Shown in pieces: positions 12,859 to 25,678 of a DNA stretch of 64,000 bases (position 1 is the stretch's first letter; each line of letters starts with the position of its first letter). The DNA is from Mobula hypostoma (lineage: Eukaryota): assembly GCF_963921235.1 (NCBI RefSeq), contig NC_086097.1:78742001-78806000 (forward strand). The letters run 5' to 3'. The position numbers and the translations under genes were made by a program. The notes under the pieces are model-generated. The model was not told where the DNA came from. It searched no databases and saw only the letters and a program-made list of their open reading frames with translations.

Positions 12859-15800
12859 TGAGATTCTGTGGCCACGAAAGAGAAGCCAGAGTGGTGTTGC
12901 CTCCCAGGTGGTAGAGTCCAGGATGTCTCAGGGTGGCTGCAGAAGATTCTCAAGGGGTGGAGGGTAAGGCGGGGTAGCCAGAGATTGTGGTGCACATTGG
13001 CATCAATGACATAGGTAGAAAGGGGTAAGAGGTCCTCTGCAGTGAACATAGGAAGTCAGGAAAAAGGCTGATGAGCAGGACCTCTCTGGATTACTCCCAG
13101 TACCACGTGCTAATAAGGGCAGGAATAGGATGATGGTACAGATGAATGAGAGGCTGAGGAACTGGTGCAGGGGGGCAGGGTTTCAGGTTATTGAATCATT
13201 GGAGCCTTTTCTGGGTCAGGGATGATGAGGGGAACTCATTTCCTGGCAGGAAGGTTCACTAGCGCTACCCGGGAGGATTTAAACTAGTTCGACAGGGGGA
13301 TGGGAACCGAATCTCCAGGTCAGAAAGTGGTGGAACAGAGAGAAAGGTAGATGACAGGTAGGTCCAGTAAAATCAAGCAGGAGCAAAGTAATAGATACGA
13401 TGGGACAGAGAGTTTGAAGTGTGTGGATTTTAATGCTAGGAGTATTCTGGGTAAAGATGATGAACAGAGTACGAATCAGTACATGGAATAATGATGTTGG
13501 GCATTGCAGAGACTTGGTTGAGAGAGGATCAGGAATGGGTGATTACCATCCCAGGGTTTTGACATTTTAGAAAAGATAGAGAGGGTGATAAAGGGGTGGG
13601 GGTGGAGAGTTGCACCACTAATCAGAGACACAACTGCACTCAAAAGGTACGAAACTGAGTCTATATGAATAGAATTCAAAAATAGGAAAGATGCAAACAG
13701 TCTGATGGGATTGGACTACAGACCCCCCAGTTGCTGCCAGGATATTGAAGAACAGATAAACAGGCAGATTAGGGAAATGTGTAAAAACGATAGGGTTGTT
13801 GTCATGGGGGCTTCAACTTCCCTAATATAAACTGGAACTTCCTTGTGCAAAAAGTTTAGATGGAGCAGGAGGATTTCTTAAATCAATATGTAGATAGTCC
13901 AACAAGAGAATGTGCTGTAATGGACATGGTGTAAAAAGCCTGGCCAGGTGACCAACCCATCAGTGGGTGAGCAGATAGGGAACAGTGACCACTAAGTTTT
14001 AAGATAGCTACAGATAAGAATAAGTATGGACTTTGCAGGAGAGTATTAAATTGGAGCAGAGCAAAATATGAAAGTATTAGGCAGGAACTAGGGAGAGATA
14101 ATTGGGAACAGCTGTTCTTGCAAGTCCACATCTAACGTGGACAGTGTTTAAAGACCAACTGCACAGAGTACAGGACAGGCATGCTCCAGTCAGAAGGAAG
14201 GACAAGGATGTCAAGGTGGAGAAGTGATGAATTTAGCCAAGAAGATAAAGGAAATGTATGTAAAACTTAGGAAGCTAGAATCAAATGGAGCCCTTGAGAG
14301 TTGTAAAGAATCCAGAAAATAACTCAAGAAGGGAATTAGGAAAGCCAAGAGGGGCCATGAAAAGTCCTTGGCAAATAGAATTAAAGAGAATCCAGAAGTA
14401 TTTTATACATACAGTGAGTAAATCAAGAGCAAGAGGATAATTAAGAGCAGGTAGGACTACTCAAGGATAAAGGGGGAACATTTGCTTGGATGCAGAGGAT
14501 GTGGGTAAGGTCCTTAATGAGTACATCAGTATTTACCATGAAGGACGGGGATGATAGGGAGATCAGTGCCAAGAGTATTAATATGTGAGGGCATTTTGAG
14601 GTAAAGGAGGAAGTAGCATTGGGTCTTTTAAAGAGCAATGAGGTATATAAGTCCCCAGGTCCCTATGGGGTATGCCCCAGGTTATTGAGTGAGCCAAGGG
14701 AAGAGATTGCTGGAGCCTTGACCAATATCTTCGTATCCTCTCTAGCCACACCAGGGATAATCCTGGAAACTATAGGCCAGAGAATGTCACATCAGTGGTA
14801 GGGGAGTTACTGGAATGAAGTCTTAGGGATAGGAATTATAAGCATTTGGAAAATCATGGTCTAATTAGGAAGAGCTAACATAGCTTTGCACAGGTCAAGT
14901 CATGTCTTACTAACTTGATTGAGTTTTTGTCAAGGTGACAAGGGTGATTGATGACAGCAGAGGTATAAATGTTGTCTACATGGATTTTAGTAAAGCTTTT
15001 GATGAGGTTCCTCACAGGAGGCTCATCCAGAAGATTAAGATGCATGGGATCCATGGTGAGTTGACCATTTGGATTCAGAACTGGCTTGCCCAGAGGGTAG
15101 GTGTCAAAGGGACTTATTTAGTTAGAGGTCTGTGTTTAGTTGTGTTCTGCAGGGATCTGTATGGGGATCTCTGCTGTTTGTGATGTATATAAATGGCCTG
15201 GATGAAAATATAGATGGGTGGGTTAGTAAGTTTGCAGGTGACACAAAGATTGCTGGTGTTATGGAGAGTGTAGAAGAATACAGCAGGATTTAGATCAAAT
15301 ACAGATATGGGCAGAGAAATTTCAAATAGACTTTAACCCAGCCAACTGAAATGTTGCATCTTGATAGATCAAATGTAAAGAGACCCTTAACAGGGTCTTA
15401 AAAGACAAGATCCTTAACAGTGTTGATGAGCAGAGGGATCTTGGAGTCCAAGTTCATAACTCCCTGAAAGTGGCTACACAGGTTGAGGGGGTGGTTAAGG
15501 CAGCAAATGGTATGCTTGCCATTACTCGTCAAGGCATTGAGTTCAAAAGTTAGAAAGTTATGTTGCAACTTTATAAAACCCTAGTTAGGCCGTATCTAGA
15601 GTACTGCGTACAGTTCTGGTCACCCCATTTAAGGAAGAATGTCAAGGCTTTGGAGGGGGCGCAGAAGAGGTCTACTAGGATGCTGCCTGGTTTAGAGGGC
15701 ATGTGCTAGTATGAGAGGTTGGACAAACTATTTTCTCTGGAGCAGTGAAGACTGAGGGGAGATTATGAGAGGCATAGATTGAGTAGTCACACAGTATCTT

Positions 15801-16076
15801 TCTCCCAGGTTTGAAAAGATGAGAGAGGGTAATTTCAAAGGAGAAGGGCATTTTTTTTTACACAGAGAGTGGAGGGTGCCAGGAATGCAGTAGCTTGGCA
15901 TGGTAGTAGAGGCAGAAACATTAGGGACTCTTAAGATTCATTTAGATAGACACATGAATGAGAGGAAAATGAAGGATATGTACATTATGGCAGAATAGAT
16001 TAGTTTAGTTACTCATTTGATTACTCATTTAACTGAGTTGGCACCAGTTCCTGTGCTGTACTAATCTATGTTCTAT
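12859..16076 (+). mobile_element. Decayed long CR1 LINE (ORF1 esterase, endonuclease, RT) nested in an older CR1 3' fragment
   Basis: VVHIGINDIG esterase-like block near 12985; KSPGPYG and VVYMDFSKAFDEVPH motifs; CTATGTTCTATG tail. Host CR1 3' sequence stops at ~12858 and resumes at ~16077. Confidence 0.8.
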
Positions 16077-17205
16077 GGGACCTGAGAGGAAACTTTGTCA
16101 CTCAGAGGATAGCAGAAATATAGAACAATCTGCCAGAGGAGATGAGAGAAGCGGGTACAATCACAACGTTTAAAATTCATTTGGACAGTGCATCCATAGA
16201 AAAGGTTTTGAGGGATGTGGGCCAAATTACAGACAAATGTAACTAAGCTTATGCAGACAACTTAGTCAGCATGGATGGGTTGAACCAAATAGTTATGGTA
16301 ATAACTATTGCTTTTAAAAACCAAAGAGATAGGTGCAATGATTAAATCTACTGTACTTTATTTTGCCAACTCTTTGAATATTTGCTAAAATATTTCATTT
16401 GTTATAACCACTGATCTGAATTTACGTATGAGGTCACAAAATTAATATTTATTATTGTAACAATAGAAGCCCTTGGGATTAATTGCTCTTCTAATGATGA
16501 CACTTATTCAGCTTCTTCACGCAATGCTATTTAAAGAGATAATACAAAAATAGCATAACGTGGTTGTTCTTCAGGTTTCTGAATTAATTCATTTAAATGC
16601 TGATCCTAAGGTTAACTGTTGACTCACTATCCAAATTCATAACTACAATGCAAATTTTATGCAAAAGCCTAAAAACAAATTACAAACCATGAACATGAAC
16701 AAAACCGCAGCCTTATTTTTATAGAATTGCAGTGGGAGAATATTAAAATAAAAGTTATCGAAGTATCAAGTTCAAAATTCAAAGTTCAAACTAAATTTAT
16801 TATCAAAGTACATACTATATATTTCACCTTATACTATTTGGAGATTCATTTTCTTCCAGGCATTCACAGTAAATACAGTAAAACACAATAGAATTAATGA
16901 AAAACTGCACACAACGATGATGGACAAACAACCAATGTGTAAAAGACAACAAATTGTGCAAATGCAAAAATAATAATAAATAAATAAGCAATAAACAACA
17001 AGAACATGACTTGTAGCATTCTTAAAAGTGAGTTCATAGGTTGCAGAATCAGTTCAGCGTTGGGGTGGTGAGTAAATTTATCCCCTCTGGTTGAAGAGCT
17101 TGATGGTTGAGAGGTACTAACTGTTCTTGAGCCTTGTGGTGTGGGACTTGAAGCTCCTGTGCCTCCTTGCTGATACCTGCAGCAAGAAAAGAGCATGGCC
17201 TAGAT

Positions 17206-19477
17206 CAGCCTTTCTCAAATGTTTTGTCCTGGAGGAACCCTTGAAATAATTTTCAGGTCTCAGGGAACCCCTGCATAAAAATGATTATATTGAGAGCTCA
17301 TGGTACATTAGTGTGATCGGCAAGCTGTAGATATAATAATCCAATAATAATTGTCAATGCTCTTCTAAGTAGAGAATGAATTTTGAGCCCACCTTTCTTG
17401 AAAAAAAGCTTTCTTGACATTAATCTTTTTCTTTCTCTTTCATAAATTTTAAAAGCTCATAAGGCAACATAATAAATCTTCTCAATTCTGGATCAAACTT
17501 AAGATAAGCACACACAGATTTGCGCTTCAACTGAAATGAGATGATTTCTATCCTTGCTCTTGATGCTTGTTAAACAAGAAAAAGCTTGCTTCCACATGTA
17601 AGAAGTTGAAAACTGCAGCAAAATGTTCATTGCTTTCCTATGAATGACAGGATACTCTTCTTTCACAGAAACCCAGAACTTGTTCAAGGGCAGCTCAGTA
17701 AATCTCATCTTGAGTGCATGATCAGAGTGCAGCTCATAATGTTCTTTCTTTTCACCTAAAGCCATATTCTCAGGCTGAGCAGAGGATTCAGAGAAAGGGT
17801 CCCTCGCCCAGTTATACACTTGTGTTGAAAGGGAGGAAAATACTCATCAATTTTGTTCTGCAGTTCCTCCTAGTGGTTTTCAATAAGACTTGAGACTTTC
17901 TGATGTCCTTCCTCACGCTCAAGCCCAAGCAGTAGTGAAGACATTTCAAGATTTCCTTTTGCAACAGGATTTTTCCAAAGATTCAGTTTTCTTTTAAATC
18001 TAAGAATCTTGTCACTTGAAGTCAAAACATTTTCTCCAGGGCCTTGCTCAACTGGTTCATATGATGAAAAATGTCTGTTAAGTAGGTTAGTTTCTGCAGC
18101 CATTCATCTTCAAAGCACTCACTATTTTCTTGAAAGTACTCCTGCAATTCACCTTTCAGCTCAAACACCCTGTTGAGAACTCTTTCACTGCTAAGCCACC
18201 AAGTTTCTGTATGTAGCAGGAGGTTGGTGTGCTCTTTGTCCAGGTTTTCACATGTTTTAAACATTCTTGAGAGAACTGATCTTAAAGCTACTAAATAACT
18301 TGCTTCCTGAACCCCTTTACTAACTGTGACTTTATTTTCAAAAGCTTTAATCTGTCTGTTTTGAGGTTCCAATAGTTTTCTAAAGTAATCAGCACTTTTA
18401 CATGTCGTATGGTTGTGATTTGTAGTTAAATGTCTTTTCAATTTTGCCATTGCTACATTTGAAAGTTGTTTGCCACAGATTAGGCACAATGGAATAGAAA
18501 AACTAAGGGGTAGTGGAGGTATAATTTGTCCATCTGTGCCGATCACCCCATCCTTGACTCAGCTGTTCCACCATGAATACGATCTGTTATGAGTCAACAT
18601 GATGCTTTCAGATCAGGTCATGCATAGCACATACCTCCACCGCACTGCTCAGGTGTGTTTCTGGGGTACAGGGGCTAGCGACTCTTGTGCCTGTTTTGTG
18701 TTCTATCGCTGAGCAGCAGTGAACCATCTGATTGGCCTATCAGAGTTCTCTTTGGGAACTAGTTGACTTGATCAGCATTTTTCATCTGGCTATTGTTCAC
18801 AATTGCACTTAATAAACAAAAACTTGGATCACCAGTCCATGTAAAACCCATTGATAAGTAGCTTTCATTGTAAAGTCCATTGTTGCACTAGTGCAGTGAA
18901 TTGACTCAGAAGATTGTAATTCTTCATCATTAATCTTAGCAGAATTTACCCTAGGCATAGGCACAGAATCCTCCTCTTCCATCTCACACCTCCTCTTCAA
19001 AAATTCACCACACTGGACTGTCTTTAGAATGACAATTTCCTTCCAATATTCTACTGCACTGGTAGTTTGTTTGCTCCCATAAGTCAGTCGGCAGTGCACA
19101 AGGGGAAGTTGGAGGAGGAAATTCGGGAGCAAGAGGCTGACGTCACAGACCAAGCTGAGCGAATCCATTCAATGCTCAGAAAGCGCACTTCACACTCCTC
19201 AACAGCCTACCATCCTCTCCTCCGTACGATACAACACTCACCAATTATCAACAGCTTCCCCCATCTTGCGTCAAAAACTGAGAATGGACCATACCAAATA
19301 AACATGGTCCAACTGTGGACTGCCGTACTGGGCTGAGAGATCTCTCACGAGGCGGCTGCTCAGTCACTGCCCACCACTGCAAGCGCGAACATTATACATT
19401 GCACAAAGTTTTTAAAAAATGATATTTATTCTTTTATCATGATCTCTCATGGAACCCTAGGTTTCTGAGGAACCCCG
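17206..19477 (-). mobile_element. hAT/Buster (Charlie, ZBED5/ZBED8-like) DNA transposon fossil
   Basis: BED finger (PLCLICGKQLSN...KLKRHL), LLLHTETWWLS, C-terminal dimerisation motif (LLQFSTSYMWKQAFS); left end CAGCCTTTCTCAA; 8-bp TSD GCCTAGAT / GCCCAGAT; right TIR missing. Confidence 0.88.
18505..18817 (+). mobile_element. 313-bp retroposed-looking insertion of unknown origin inside the hAT transposase
   Basis: Flanked by AAAAACT direct repeats (18498-18504, 18818-18824); ends AATAAAC; removing it restores in-frame WTGDPSFSIPLCLIC. Confidence 0.65.
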
Positions 19478-21039
19478 GCCCAGATAGTGACAGTCCTTGA
19501 CAATGGATGCTGCTTTCCTGCAACACCACTCCATGTAGACGTGCTAAAGGGTGGAGAGGGCTTTACCGTGATGGACTGAGCTGTATCCACTATTCTTGCA
19601 GGCTTTTCTGTTCAAGGTCATTGGAGTTTCCATACCAGGCTGCGATGCAATGAGTCAATATACTCTCCACCATACATCTATAGAAGATTGTCAAATTTCT
19701 GGATGACATACCATTTCTTTGCAAACTTCTAACAAAGCAGAGGCACTGCTGTGCCTTCTTTGTAATGGCTCTTACATGCTGGACCAAGACAGATCCTCTG
19801 AAATAATAACACCAAAAAATTTAAAATTGCTGACCCTCTCCACCTCTAATTCCTTGATGAGGACTAGTTCATGGACCTCTGGTTTCCTCCTCCTGAAGTC
19901 AATAATCAGCTCCTTGGTGTTGCCGACATTCAGTGAGAATTTGGTGTCGTGACACCATTCAGCCAGATTTTCAATCTCCCTTCTTAATGCTGATTCGTCA
20001 CCATCTTTGATCCAGCCAACAACAGTGGTGTCATCAGCAAACTCAGATATGGCATTGAAGCTGTACTTAGCCTCATGGTCATAAGTATAAGGCTAGTAGA
20101 GCAGGGGGCTAAGCACACAGTCTCGTGGTGCACCCCTACTAATGGTGATTGTGGAGGAGATGTTGTGGGAATCCAAACTGTCTGGAGTCTCTGAGTGAGG
20201 AAGTCAAGGATCCAATTGTACAATTGTACAAGGAGGAGGCCTGTGTCTTGGAGCTTATTGATTAGTTTTGAGGGGATGATAGTACTGAGTGCTGAACTGT
20301 AATCAATGAAGTGCATCCGGATGTTGAAGGAGAGCTGAAATAATTGCAGATTTTACAAACATCTGCAACGAATAGAGGCTAGATAAGTATATTGAAAGGC
20401 ATGTGGAACCATTATAACCCCAAGTTTAGCAGAAATGCCCATGTTGGTGCTCTGTGAACTACCATGCACAAGCCCCTAGACTCCACCATCTATTCACTTA
20501 TGCCTATTAATTTAAGTGTAAACTTTCAATGACAAGTTTGGTTAAGAAAGCTGCAAATTATACTATCTCTAGATAGCACCATCTTCATAAGCATCATTAT
20601 TTTTCACTGTTTAGCATGATCAAAATAAGTAACAGCACATATTAGTCCTACTGTAGCAATAAGCATGAACAGCTCTTGGAAGTTTCTGGGTCCAAATCAA
20701 CGTACATTTTATAGCATTTTTAATATTAAAAAATCCTAACTTGTTTTATAGAATAATGTGGTGGAAGAGTTAGGTGGATATCGAAACCCAAGTCAAAAAG
20801 AGTCAAGGAGTCTATCTTATTGAAGAAGGTAGAACGGTTTCAGGAATGAAGTCCAACCTATGGTCAAAAATTCAGCGTCTATTGACACTAATGTCACAGC
20901 CAATGAACCGTGTCATGTCAGTCAAACAAAAGGCACGTGCAAATTGGTTGTATGTGCCATGGGATTTACAGGATGACTTACTGCCGTTACAGTGAAGTCA
21001 ATTTAAATAGTGCACTTAAAAACTCAAACCTGTTTCTAT

Positions 21040-21260
21040 CCAATTTAAGCATTCCCCCTGCGTCCACATGGCTTCCCCTGGGTGTTCTGGTACCCTTCCA
21101 AAGGCCTTATTATTGATAGGATTATTGGTAACTGTAAATTGCCCTTAATAAAGATGGGGGAGGGGCAGGAGAATCAGGGAAGATGATGGCCACATCAGAA
21201 AGAACAGGCTACGGGAAATAATTAGGAAAATAAGACTGATGGAAATATTCTGATTCCATG
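21040..21260 (+). mobile_element. V-SINE-like fragment
   Basis: CATTCCCCCTGCGTCCACATGGCTTCCCCTGGGTGTTCTGG...ATTGGTAACTGTAAATTGCCC resembles the V-SINE core. Confidence 0.45.
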
Positions 21261-21499
21261 GGTGAAGAAGTTTCCTCTTATGTCCTAAGGAAATAGGTCA
21301 AATATGAGTTACTTTACTCCATGACCTGCATAAAATCTAACCCTTTCATTTTCAGAACTATAGTTCTATTTAGCTGGGGAATTAAACTATCAGCTCCATT
21401 CTAGCTGAAAACTGTGGTGCCACTAATTGCTGCCTAAGAGGATTGTCCTCGTTGCTGGGATGAAGAAGGCTTGGAGAAAGAATAAAAAACAAAGCAAGA

Positions 21500-23100
21500 A
21501 TGAAGAAGTGCAGTGGCGCTCGGATCCGTTTGATATTTAATCTTTATGGTTGGAAGTCCTGTGATCTTGAAGGGCGCGACATACACGGCAGAACTGGAGT
21601 TACTATACGGCTACGGTCCGTGCATTATCTCTTTTCTGGTGTGACTGGACATTATATTAATAGCGGAGGCAGCTGGTCAGATCAGGAGCACTACTGGTGA
21701 GTCTGATGCCAAAACCTGCACTTTGACAGACCTCCAGTTACGCGCTTGCAAACCTGCGGAATTTACACCACTTTCGAGAACCCTGGTGCAATTAACTGCG
21801 CTCGTAGTCCGCAACTTGATTATTTCGTTTGGCAGTACTGTAAAAGTAAACCAACACTCTCACTCGAAATCATTGATCTACCTGTCCATGGCAAAACCAC
21901 ACACAGCAGCGGGTCATTACAAACTGCATATATCATCATCATCACACATCAGACGATGCAACATAATGCAAGAGGATATAAAGTTCAAAATTTAAAATGC
22001 CTACATTCCTATGAATGCAGTATACCCAGGATCCGTTCTTGCCCAATAGATTGATACTTCCAAAACAGGCATTAAAAAATAAATAGGCATTCCTCGTCCA
22101 GCCTGCCATCGCTTAGATAATATACATACCAAGCTGAAATTTCACTGTTGTTCCCATTGTGGGACTCAGTGTCAGTGAAGCAGCCGCTGTGGTACCGCAC
22201 CAGCAACCCAACCACGATGCGTGTGCCAGATGTGCGAGACGTGCCTGAGCTCTGAGAGTCTGACCGAGAAGCGGTATCACTCGCATCCACCCGCGGCCGG
22301 AGCAATTGGACGCTGCGGGCACTTACCCAGCACGGAGCCGATAAATATAAGGATCTGCGCCGAGGTGGTGAAGTCTCGGTAGATGTCCTCTTCGCCGTAC
22401 TGCAGCAGGCTGCCGAAGGGGTGGCTCCCGCCCGTGGTCCTGTTATCAGTTGCCCGGGTGCTGCTCACGTTGCCCTGCTCGTCTGACCCACCGCCCGAGC
22501 CCCAGTCGACGCTCCAGCTCGCAGTGGAGCTTGCGTTGGGTTCCATGGTCCTCACCGGCTGCCGATGCGACATGCTAAAACTTCACCCCCACCCCAGCAT
22601 CTCGGAGGAAGATCCTTTTTTAAAATCTCCCCTCCCCGGTAGTACCGGGAAGAGAAAAAGAAATTCAAATCCTGGCCACGGTGACGATCAATCCGAGCCT
22701 CTTCACGTTCTCTCCTATCAACGTACCTTTCCTCCCTTCATCCCCTCCCCCACTCCCCATCCCAAAAACAGGCTGTCGTGATGCTGGATACGATCCACAA
22801 CACAACTGTACAGGCAGAGACATATTTCGTCAGAAATTGGTTGCTTGGAGACGGCAATGAGTATAGGAAGAGAGGGAGGGAAAAGTCTAATTTCTTCTCA
22901 GTGGCTTTCCCCTGCCATTGCCTCCTTCCCCACCGACAACCACTGCACATTTCTTTCTGGAGACAAGCCCGCTCCAGCCTCTCCAGGGGTCTCTGCTTCC
23001 TTCCCAGTGCTGAGGGGGCTCCCCGCAGTTTTCCCGCGGGCTCATCTGCCAAGCAGGACACCGCAGATGTTTCTAACTGCATGACTCCACCAAGGCGTCA
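21500..23100. promoter_or_regulatory. CpG-rich region spanning the GPR176 promoter, 5' UTR, exon 1 and start of intron 1
   Basis: Visibly high CpG density against CpG-poor flanks; largely TE-free; surrounds the first coding exon. Confidence 0.65.
22327..22546 (-). CDS. GPR176: First coding exon of orphan class A GPCR GPR176 (N-terminus and most of TM1)
   Basis: MEPNASS...LLQYGEEDIYRDFTTSAQILIFIGSVLG matches remembered GPR176 (LGEFGEAQLYRQFTTTVQVVIFIGSLLG); Kozak ACCATGG; sequons NAS, NVS, NRT; donor G|GTAAGT at 22327/22326, phase 1, at the Gly where I recall mammalian exon 1 ending. Exon 2 not found in the window. Confidence 0.92.
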
Positions 23101-24457
23101 GCATCACACCAGTGACATTCTGTTTAAATGCAGAGTTAGCTTTAAGCAAGACGTGGATAATTTAAATTAATTATGTTCGGAAAACAATGACAATTCTTTC
23201 TCAATGCATTACAGTCCCCGTGCACTAACAGAAGCGCCTTACTGCATCGACATTCTTCATTTTTTTTCCTAACAGCCAGGGAGAATAAACGACGGATTGC
23301 ACTGCATCTACTGCAGGCAACCCCGAAAATATAATTTAATTTAAATAATGAACACTGCACATCTTAGCACTGAGTGAAGAAAATTACTGCCTTCAAGTAC
23401 TTATCAATTTGAAGATGGCTTTCAACAAATATAAATTCTAAGTTGGTATCTAATTATGGATTAGAAATGTAACGTTTTTGTTAAATTAGAAATAGAACAG
23501 TGTTTTTGCAACAGTTCACTCCACATGTTATCAAGAAACAGTGATATATTGCAAAATCAGTGAACCTTAATAACATCTAGGTAGTAGTGCTCCAGAACGA
23601 AATGTGACTCCAGCCAAGAATTTTCAATGTAGCCATATCACTGGCACCATGCATCATTTTGAAACATTGCCAAAGAATGTAATTCGCATAAGGTATATTG
23701 AGAACCAATCAGCTAATTATACCGCTGTGGGAATATACTCAAATATTTGCAAAATGAATGAAGTCGACATCAAAAGCCCTACATATTCACAATACCTTAC
23801 TCAGTTTGGGTTTTGCCAAAATGTCCCCAGCTCACTACAGTTCTTGCACAAGCACAGACACAAGAAGGAAGAAGACTGTCTGTTTTGCCAGCAGGACAGC
23901 ATTTGGCAACTGTGGCACAAAAGAGCATTCCTCTGTCAAATCAGGAGGAACCTGTTTCATTAGTTGAGACTTATATCCTGCAGAAAGGAAGAAGGTTGAG
24001 GCTTGTTAGCAGAAATACCCTTTCGCTATCATGATCTCCTTACAAAAGCCTTACAAGAGAGTGTGCTAGAGCACAATAAATGTAGCTGCCAACGATAGTT
24101 TTCACAGATAATTAGAATGGGACAATGAATATCCAGAGAAAGCAGCAACTCATTCTACAAACTGCAAAAATTGAACAGTATACAGGCTTGTATTAGTTGG
24201 TGTCCTATAACACTTCTGTCATTTGAGTGTCAGACAATGGCACACCCACAAATAAAACAAATCAAGACATCCAATTGTACCATCAACTTCCACGTGTCAG
24301 ACTAGCTCAGTAAATATTCAATAGTAAATGTAATAGTTTTCTAATATATTGAGGCACAGCAGAATTCTATTCAAAGGGATGGAGGTTTATTTACAAGACA
24401 ATAGAACGGCTATTTATAAGTCAAGTCTTTAAGTTACAATGCAACACAGATGTGCCT

Positions 24458-24557
24458 GAGTCCTGAAGAGGAGCCTCAGCCTGAAATGTCAACAGTACTC
24501 TTTTCCATAGATGCTTCCTGGCCTGCTGAGTTCCTCCAGCAGTTTGTACATGTTGCT
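24458..24557 (+). mobile_element. Short Penelope terminus remnant with degenerate hammerhead
   Basis: CTGAAGA-GGAGCCTCAGCCT-GAAA-TGTC followed by CCATAGATGCT...CCTGCTGAGTTCCTCCAGC. Confidence 0.6.
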
Positions 24558-25519
24558 CTGAAACAGTAATGTGGTTGAGAAACAGGCGCATATTGCTTGC
24601 TATCCAATAGAATCACAACATGAAGCATGCGTTAGATATTGATAAAACAATGTTTTCTATGCTTAATGGTGCGTTATAATGGGCATTACAAAGGCTGCTT
24701 GTGTTCTATAAAACCAGTCTGGCAAGTACAGAGCAGAGGTTAGGAAAGTTCACTAGCTGCATTGATGAGTATAAGATATGTATAACAGGTCAGTAATCCA
24801 TTATATAAACAGTACAATTTCCAAATTATACTCTTTCCATATTGGTTCAGGAAGATTACTATTTTTACTAGATGGCTGACTTAATTGCAGTCTTGCAAGT
24901 ATGAAACTGCAGCAGAGAAACAGCCCAGGAAAGTGAATAGTTTTTGGTCATTATGATGACCCACCCACATGATATCAACAGTCCAGTAACATATCCTATT
25001 CGATTCAATCCCTTGTACTTAAACACATGTCCTCCAGTTCAACTATTCCATGTGACTCCAAATTCCACATTCCGGCCAACTTTAAATGATTTTATAGTGA
25101 ATTTCTTTTTGGGTTTTATTGATAAAAGTTTTACGTTTATGGCTCGAGTTTTAGACTTGCCCTTCCTGGAAATGTTTTTTTTGTAGTCTATCTCATCAAA
25201 TTCTTTCATAAGTTACAAGCGTGTATTGGTTCCACTCTGAACTTTTTCTTCTCTGTAATAAGGAGCCGCAACCTGTATAGTTTTTTTTCTTCTGAGAGAT
25301 AGAACAGAACTTCTGTTTAAATAGAAATCTTGAAAAACAATCTTCTTAATTACATTGAATTTTAATCTAGTCAGTGTAAGGCAAGTATTCAAAGTGGAAG
25401 CAAATTTGGCATATTTTTTTTGGTGGGGGAGTGGGTTACCAAATAACTCTCCTTAACTTTGTGTCTACTGAATTGTATAACCTAATCTGTTTTATGTATT
25501 TATTTTATTTAGCGATACA

Positions 25520-25678
25520 ATGAGCCCGGGCTGTCCAATTCCACCCTACTAACCTGTACATATTTGGAAAAGGGAAGGAAACTGGAGCACCCAGAGGAAA
25601 TCCATGCGGCTGTGGGACGAACATACAAACTCCTCATAGACAGCGGTGGAACTGAACTCATTTTGCTGGTGCTGTAAT
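25520..25678 (-). mobile_element. V-SINE-like element, host of the LTR array (continues at 28318-28345 and 54728-54755)
   Basis: GGAAACTGGAGCACCCAGAGGAAATCCA...CAAACTCC core; continuation AGCATT(T)ACGCTAACCGCTACG follows the TSD. Confidence 0.6.

Larger units (their letters stand above)
16767..20320 (-). mobile_element. Rex1/Babar-type LINE 3' part, interrupted by a hAT element
   Basis: [13 protein letters not shown] (19984-20316), KKAQQCLCFVRSL...VESILT (19590-19787); tail repeats near 16770; sequence is continuous across the hAT TSD. Confidence 0.8.

Noticed and set aside
17499..18546. Domesticated ZBED/SCAND3/FAM200-type gene
   Set aside because: Frameshifts, large deletion, nested insertion and retained TSD indicate a dead transposon.
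22277..22326. ORF continuation KCPQRPIAPAAGGCE after the GPR176 exon
   Set aside because: Lies past the GTAAGT donor; intronic.
1..22326. Further GPR176 exons
   Set aside because: No frame resembling the expected exon 2 peptide (NFMVLWSTCR...) was seen; it probably lies left of the window.
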